DNA from: Deltaproteobacteria bacterium
Lineage (GTDB): Bacteria; Bdellovibrionota_B; Oligoflexia; Oligoflexales; Bog-1112
DNA length: 64,000 bases
Direction of reading: 5' to 3'
Assembly: GCA_016186945.1 (NCBI GenBank)
Contig: JACPKR010000072.1
Location: 15,143 to 79,142 of the forward strand
Shown: in pieces, positions 59,571 to 64,000 of the stretch
Layout: each line of letters begins with the position of its first letter
Numbering within the stretch: the stretch's first letter is position 1
Translations under genes and position numbers: made by a program
The notes under the pieces: model-generated
What the model was told of the DNA's origin: nothing
Seen by the model: only the letters and a program-made list of their open reading frames with translations
Database searches by the model: none

Positions 59571-59936
59571 CTATTTGCTTAATAACACTTCTCTTTGCCC
59601 ACTGGAAAGCAGCATTAATACAACGTTCAACGCCAGACCTACTGCTGCCCCAATTACAACCAACAACGGATCAAATTCAAGGAATTTCAATCCGACATAA
59701 ATGAGAGCTAAAAGGTTAATTATCTTAATAAAGATTGCAAGGAAAAGAATTGATCGCCGTCCAAAAAATTTTCGCCCGCTGAAAAAACGGCTATAGGCAG
59801 CTATCAAAAGCAGAAAAGTGTTGATAGAGAATATCAGGCTCCCGAATATCAAAGCTGCGACTTTCGGAGAATCCCATGTCAGTATTTGCCCCGCTGTCAA
59901 AATGAATAAAAAAAAGACAAATCGTTTGAGCAGCAT
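59571..59936 (-). CDS. ATP synthase protein I-like membrane protein
   Basis: Four TM helices, directly upstream of atpB. Confidence 0.65.
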   Translation of the reverse strand: MLLKRFVFFLFILTAGQILTWDSPKVAALIFGSLIFSINTFLLLIAAYSRFFSGRKFFGRRSILFLAIFIKIINLLALIYVGLKFLEFDPLLVVIGAAVGLALNVVLMLLSSGQREVLLSK

Positions 59937-59946
59937 TTTTTCAACC

Positions 59947-60180
59947 TTACTTCTTATTTTTCATATCTCTTTCGATCTGTAGTAACCTACGCATGACCAC
60001 ATAATAGGTATGGCTTACGGCGACGATGCAAAGAGGCCAGATAATATACCCCCAGGAAAAGGATTGCGGATAGTGTTCTTCCAAAATTGGCACAAAAAAG
60101 TAAGCTGCCAAAATAAAAGCAACTGCTTGGGTATTGGCTGCCAAAAAATATGCGAATGCCTTAACTATCTCGCGATTCAA
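59947..60180 (-). CDS. AtpZ/AtpI-like small membrane protein
   Basis: Two TM helices, 77 aa, first gene of the atp operon. Confidence 0.6.
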   Translation of the reverse strand: MNREIVKAFAYFLAANTQAVAFILAAYFFVPILEEHYPQSFSWGYIIWPLCIVAVSHTYYVVMRRLLQIERDMKNKK

Positions 60181-60338
60181 GGTTTTCTAGCCCTTCTTAA
60201 TGTCTTGCACCCAATCTCTTCGGATGTTAATTTCAGTTCATCTAGAGCCTTTACTCTCAAATACAACAAATCGTCTACAAACAAACAGCTATTCTATAAT
60301 GTAGCGGTGGTTTTATCTTGCGCTGAATTACTCTCATT

Positions 60339-61826
60339 ATGGCGACAGAATTGTTCACTAAAGAAAATCATGATCCAGTTTCTTCTGGTGAAGTTCTTAT
60401 CACCAAAGAAACGGTCGTCCAACCATCTTCTGATGCAAGCAAGGTCTGGGAGTATATACGAAATGAGATCAGGTCTCACATAGACGATCATCAGTATATT
60501 AAATTCATTCATCCTGTGAAAGTACTCCCTAGCAACAAAGATGAACTTGTTTTAGTTGTACCTTCAATGAATTTCTATCAAATCCTCCTAAATGATTTTT
60601 TGGAACTAATTGAGCGATGTAAAAACAGACTCGGATTCGAACATCTATCTATCATTATCGATTTGGAAGGAAACAAAGAATCGAATTCATCTCAAAACGC
60701 GCTTCAACCTTCGAAAGGATCAGAAAACGAAGTCCCGTCAGACGAAATTGCGGATACTGATCTTCTCTTTTCAGAAACTTTATCTAGAAAAACAAGACTA
60801 AATCCAAACTATTGCTTTGAAACTTATGTTCGGGGTCCTTCCAATCAGTTTGCGTTAGCGGCCTGCAACAGTGTAGCGGATCATCCTGGTTCGTCCTACA
60901 ACCCTTTATTTATCTTTGGTGCAACAGGTTTGGGAAAAACGCATCTCTTGCATGCAGTTGGTAACAAAATTGCAAAGCAACACCCAGAGAAGACAATAAC
61001 CTACATTAGCAGCGAAAGGTTCATGAATGAACTTATTTATTGCCTGCGGCACAATAAGATAATTGATTTCCGTCAAAAATATCGTCTATGTGACCTTTTC
61101 CTGATGGATGATATTCAGTTTATTTCTGGAAACAAAACCGCAACCCAAGAGGAGTTCTTTCATACTTTCAACACACTCTATGAGAGGAAAAAGCAAATAA
61201 TCATTACCTCTGATCTTTTTCCTCAAGACATTCCTGACATAGAAGAGAGGCTGCGCAATCGATTCCAATGGGGCCTCATAGCCGATATTCAGCCACCAGA
61301 GATTGAACATCGAATTGCCATTTTGTATTCGAAAGCGCACCAGCTGGGGATAACTCTCAGTGCGGAAGTTGCTGAATATATCGCTGGAATAGTAAAGAGA
61401 AATGTTCGAGAACTTGAAGGGGCATTGCACAGATTGGCTGCATTTGCGGCTCTTCAAGGGCGGGTGCTTAACATGCATCTAGCGATTGAAACCTTTTCGA
61501 ACATGGTAAGGGTGGATGAGCAGTCAAAACCAGAAATGATCATGGACGCTGTTCAAAAAGCTGTTGCCGAGCATTTTCAAATAAAGGTTTCTGATCTTCG
61601 ATCACGACGTAGGCAGAAAGCTTTTACATTACCAAGACAAGTTGCTATGTACTTGTGTCGGCAATTCGCCAACATGTCTTTCACTGAAATTGGGGAAAGA
61701 TTTGGCGGCAAAGATCATTCGACGGTAATGCATGCCGTGCGCAAAATAACTCTTGAAAGAAAGCGTAGTACCGGTCTTACGGGACATCTCGAAGCACTTG
61801 AAAGATGTTTAGGTCGAATCAAATAA
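60339..61826 (+). CDS. dnaA: Chromosomal replication initiator DnaA
   Basis: YNPLFIFGATGLGKTHL, DDIQF, QEEFFH, RELEGA and GGKDHSTV. Confidence 0.98.
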   Translation: MATELFTKENHDPVSSGEVLITKETVVQPSSDASKVWEYIRNEIRSHIDDHQYIKFIHPVKVLPSNKDELVLVVPSMNFYQILLNDFLELIERCKNRLGFEHLSIIIDLEGNKESNSSQNALQPSKGSENEVPSDEIADTDLLFSETLSRKTRLNPNYCFETYVRGPSNQFALAACNSVADHPGSSYNPLFIFGATGLGKTHLLHAVGNKIAKQHPEKTITYISSERFMNELIYCLRHNKIIDFRQKYRLCDLFLMDDIQFISGNKTATQEEFFHTFNTLYERKKQIIITSDLFPQDIPDIEERLRNRFQWGLIADIQPPEIEHRIAILYSKAHQLGITLSAEVAEYIAGIVKRNVRELEGALHRLAAFAALQGRVLNMHLAIETFSNMVRVDEQSKPEMIMDAVQKAVAEHFQIKVSDLRSRRRQKAFTLPRQVAMYLCRQFANMSFTEIGERFGGKDHSTVMHAVRKITLERKRSTGLTGHLEALERCLGRIK

Positions 61827-62184
61827 CTCCTAGATAAGACCATACTATAATATGGACAAATGACTGAAAATCTGTATCAATTTATGGTGGCATACTACTG
61901 TATGGTTATTTTAATATGTTGATATCATTTAAAAAGTTATCCACAGGTTTTTTCGTGATTTTTTGTAACCTGCTAATATTGCTTAAAAAGTTATCCACAG
62001 AGTTATCCACAGGTTGTAAATTTTTTATGGTCTAATATCAGAATGTTAGAAGCGTTTGCACAAAAATTATGCACGAGACTAATTCTATTAATTCTAGTAT
62101 TAGTAAATCTAAAAAAAAAAATAAAAATCGAATCAGTAGTCGAAAAAAAATATATGGTGGTGCCAAAAACTAACTGCCTAAGGA
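61827..62184. other. Chromosomal replication origin oriC
   Basis: Perfect TTATCCACA at 61937, 61991 and 62003; near-boxes at 62054 and 62067; trimer run and AT-rich tract at 62080-62155. Confidence 0.92.
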
Positions 62185-62190
62185 TTGAGC

Positions 62191-63330
62191 ATGAGAGTGG
62201 TAATTGACAAGCAAGCGTTGGCGACAATGACGAGTCGGGTTCAGGGGGCATTGGGGGATAAAAATTTCGCCCACATCGTAATGGAAGCAAATCAGACGAC
62301 AGACGGAGGTCAATTGCAACTTGTGGTGAGGGATCGTGTTATGGCTATTTACTGCGAAGAATCGTGTCAAGTTGAAAGGGAAGGAAAATCTTTTGTACCT
62401 GCAAAACTTTTTTCCGACATGGTTCGCGAGTTACCTGCCGGCTCGGTAACACTATTCGTTGAAGGGTCTAAACTAGTCGTATCAGCTGGTGGGAAAAATG
62501 AATTTCTCATGAAACTGCCTTTGCTCGATAATGTCGAGGATCTGAGAGGGCCTAAACACGGAGCGACGCAAGAAAGTCTTGAAATTCCCAGTGCAAAGCT
62601 TGCTTATATGATTGATCAGATACAGTTTTGCGTTAGTCAGGAATCACCGCGAAATTATGGGACTGTAGCTTTTTTGCACAGACCAAGTGGGAATAAGCTG
62701 CGTATTGTGGGTACAGACGGCTTTCGGCTGTCTTTTTGTGAAGCAGACATCGAGATGCCAGCTGGGTTCCTTGTGGGGAGTGGAATTTGTATTTCAAAGC
62801 GAGGCGTGACTGAATTAGGCCGAATGTGCAACGAGGGGTATGAAACCATTAGCCTAACCATTTCAGACGATAGAAACACCCTTGTGGCTATTGTGAGAGG
62901 GTATAAATTGATCAGCCTTCTCTCAACCTTAAACTTTCCCAACTATCAGGGCGTTGTTCCGGATTTCGAACCGTCCATGATCAATGTCCATTGTCAGTCT
63001 TTGCAAAGTGTCGCAAAGAGGGTTCTTTTAGCCGCTGATAAGACCAAAACCTTGAAATTAAATTTGAAGAAAGGGTCTATGACCCTATCCTCGCGTGATG
63101 TTGGAAATTCAGAGGGGTATGAAACGATTCCGCTGGAAGAGTATTCCGGTCCGGCTGGAGCGTTTTCTATCAACGGTAAATTTCTGACAGATGTTATTTC
63201 AGCTACCATGAGTGAAATGATTAACATAAGATTTAATGATGATAATAGTCCTGTGTTAATGATTCCCACTGCTGAGCCAGCTGAGTGCCGATCTCAGCAT
63301 GTTTTAGTGCCTATAAAAGAAAGTAATTAG
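62191..63330 (+). CDS. dnaN: DNA polymerase III beta clamp
   Basis: VPAKLF, GTDGFRL, FPNYQGVVP and VLVPI; follows dnaA. Confidence 0.92.
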   Translation: MRVVIDKQALATMTSRVQGALGDKNFAHIVMEANQTTDGGQLQLVVRDRVMAIYCEESCQVEREGKSFVPAKLFSDMVRELPAGSVTLFVEGSKLVVSAGGKNEFLMKLPLLDNVEDLRGPKHGATQESLEIPSAKLAYMIDQIQFCVSQESPRNYGTVAFLHRPSGNKLRIVGTDGFRLSFCEADIEMPAGFLVGSGICISKRGVTELGRMCNEGYETISLTISDDRNTLVAIVRGYKLISLLSTLNFPNYQGVVPDFEPSMINVHCQSLQSVAKRVLLAADKTKTLKLNLKKGSMTLSSRDVGNSEGYETIPLEEYSGPAGAFSINGKFLTDVISATMSEMINIRFNDDNSPVLMIPTAEPAECRSQHVLVPIKESN

Positions 63331-63358
63331 TGTTTAATTATTCTAGTACAAGGTTACC

Positions 63359-64000
63359 ATGACTGAGATAACATTAGAAAATAAGGCTGATAATCAGAAC
63401 ATTACACCATCAGATGATTATTCTGCTGAAAATATAAAAGTTCTCGAAGGACTGGAAGCTGTACGAAAACGTCCAGGAATGTACATTGGATCGACCTCCG
63501 AGGATGGTTTACATCATCTTGCCTATGAGATCGTCGACAACTCGATTGACGAAGCAATGGGTGGGCACTGTAACAGGATAGACGTTACAGTTCATCTGGA
63601 TGGTTCTCTTTCGGTTCGTGACAATGGTCGAGGAATTCCCGTTGCAGTACACCCGACCGAGGGAAGATCAGCGCTGGAAGTCGTCATGACGGTCTTGCAT
63701 GCTGGCGGTAAATTTGATGACAAAGCATTTGCTTTTTCCGGGGGGCTTCATGGTGTAGGCGCGTCTGTTGTGAATGCTCTTTCTGAATGGTTGCGTGTCG
63801 AAGTGCGAAAAGACTTCAAAGTGTATGCCCAAAACTATGTCAGAGGAGTTCCTGAAAAAGACGTGCAGGTTGTAGGTAAAACCGACGATCATGGAACTTT
63901 CACACAATTCAAACCGGACACGACGATATTCACAGTCACTCGTTTCAGTTTTGAAACACTTCAAAAGCGCCTTAGAGAACTTGCCTTTCTTAACAAAGGG
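63359..64000 (+). CDS. gyrB: DNA gyrase subunit B (partial)
   Basis: Hand translation: [26 protein letters not shown]…EIVDNSIDE…DNGRGIP…LHAGGKF. Confidence 0.95.
   Translation, partial: MTEITLENKADNQNITPSDDYSAENIKVLEGLEAVRKRPGMYIGSTSEDGLHHLAYEIVDNSIDEAMGGHCNRIDVTVHLDGSLSVRDNGRGIPVAVHPTEGRSALEVVMTVLHAGGKFDDKAFAFSGGLHGVGASVVNALSEWLRVEVRKDFKVYAQNYVRGVPEKDVQVVGKTDDHGTFTQFKPDTTIFTVTRFSFETLQKRLRELAFLNKG

Overview
This is a bacterial chromosomal window that includes the replication origin. Gene content and order suggest a Bdellovibrionota/Oligoflexia-like or related deltaproteobacterial lineage (inference). From the left it holds an AglR/Q/S-GltG-like (MotA/ExbD) motor cluster, an FHA-GAF-HD-GYP gene, an apparently inactive M1-peptidase/beta-barrel fusion, glpD, a type-2 ileS and mgtE. 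An accessory island (about 14.3-26.3 kb) follows, with two AAA_14-DUF4143 ATPases, a Fic protein, a 7x Ig-like lipoprotein and orphan secreted/membrane proteins. One of these carries a PSAPPPY (ESCRT/Nedd4 late-domain-like) tail and another a cyanovirin-N-like module. Then come sdhCAB, yajC, rpoH, amgK-murU, a LysM lipoprotein and a reduced dcw cluster. The F0F1 atp operon has an orphan, N-terminally shortened parB inside it, and dnaA-oriC-dnaN-gyrB close the window. A dispersed, near-identical REPIN/MITE-like repeat occurs four times, brackets the island and repeatedly supplies stop codons. GC skew appears to flip within the island, about 40 kb from oriC. No tRNA, rRNA or CRISPR array was seen. 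All calls come from motif reading by eye; no searches were run.
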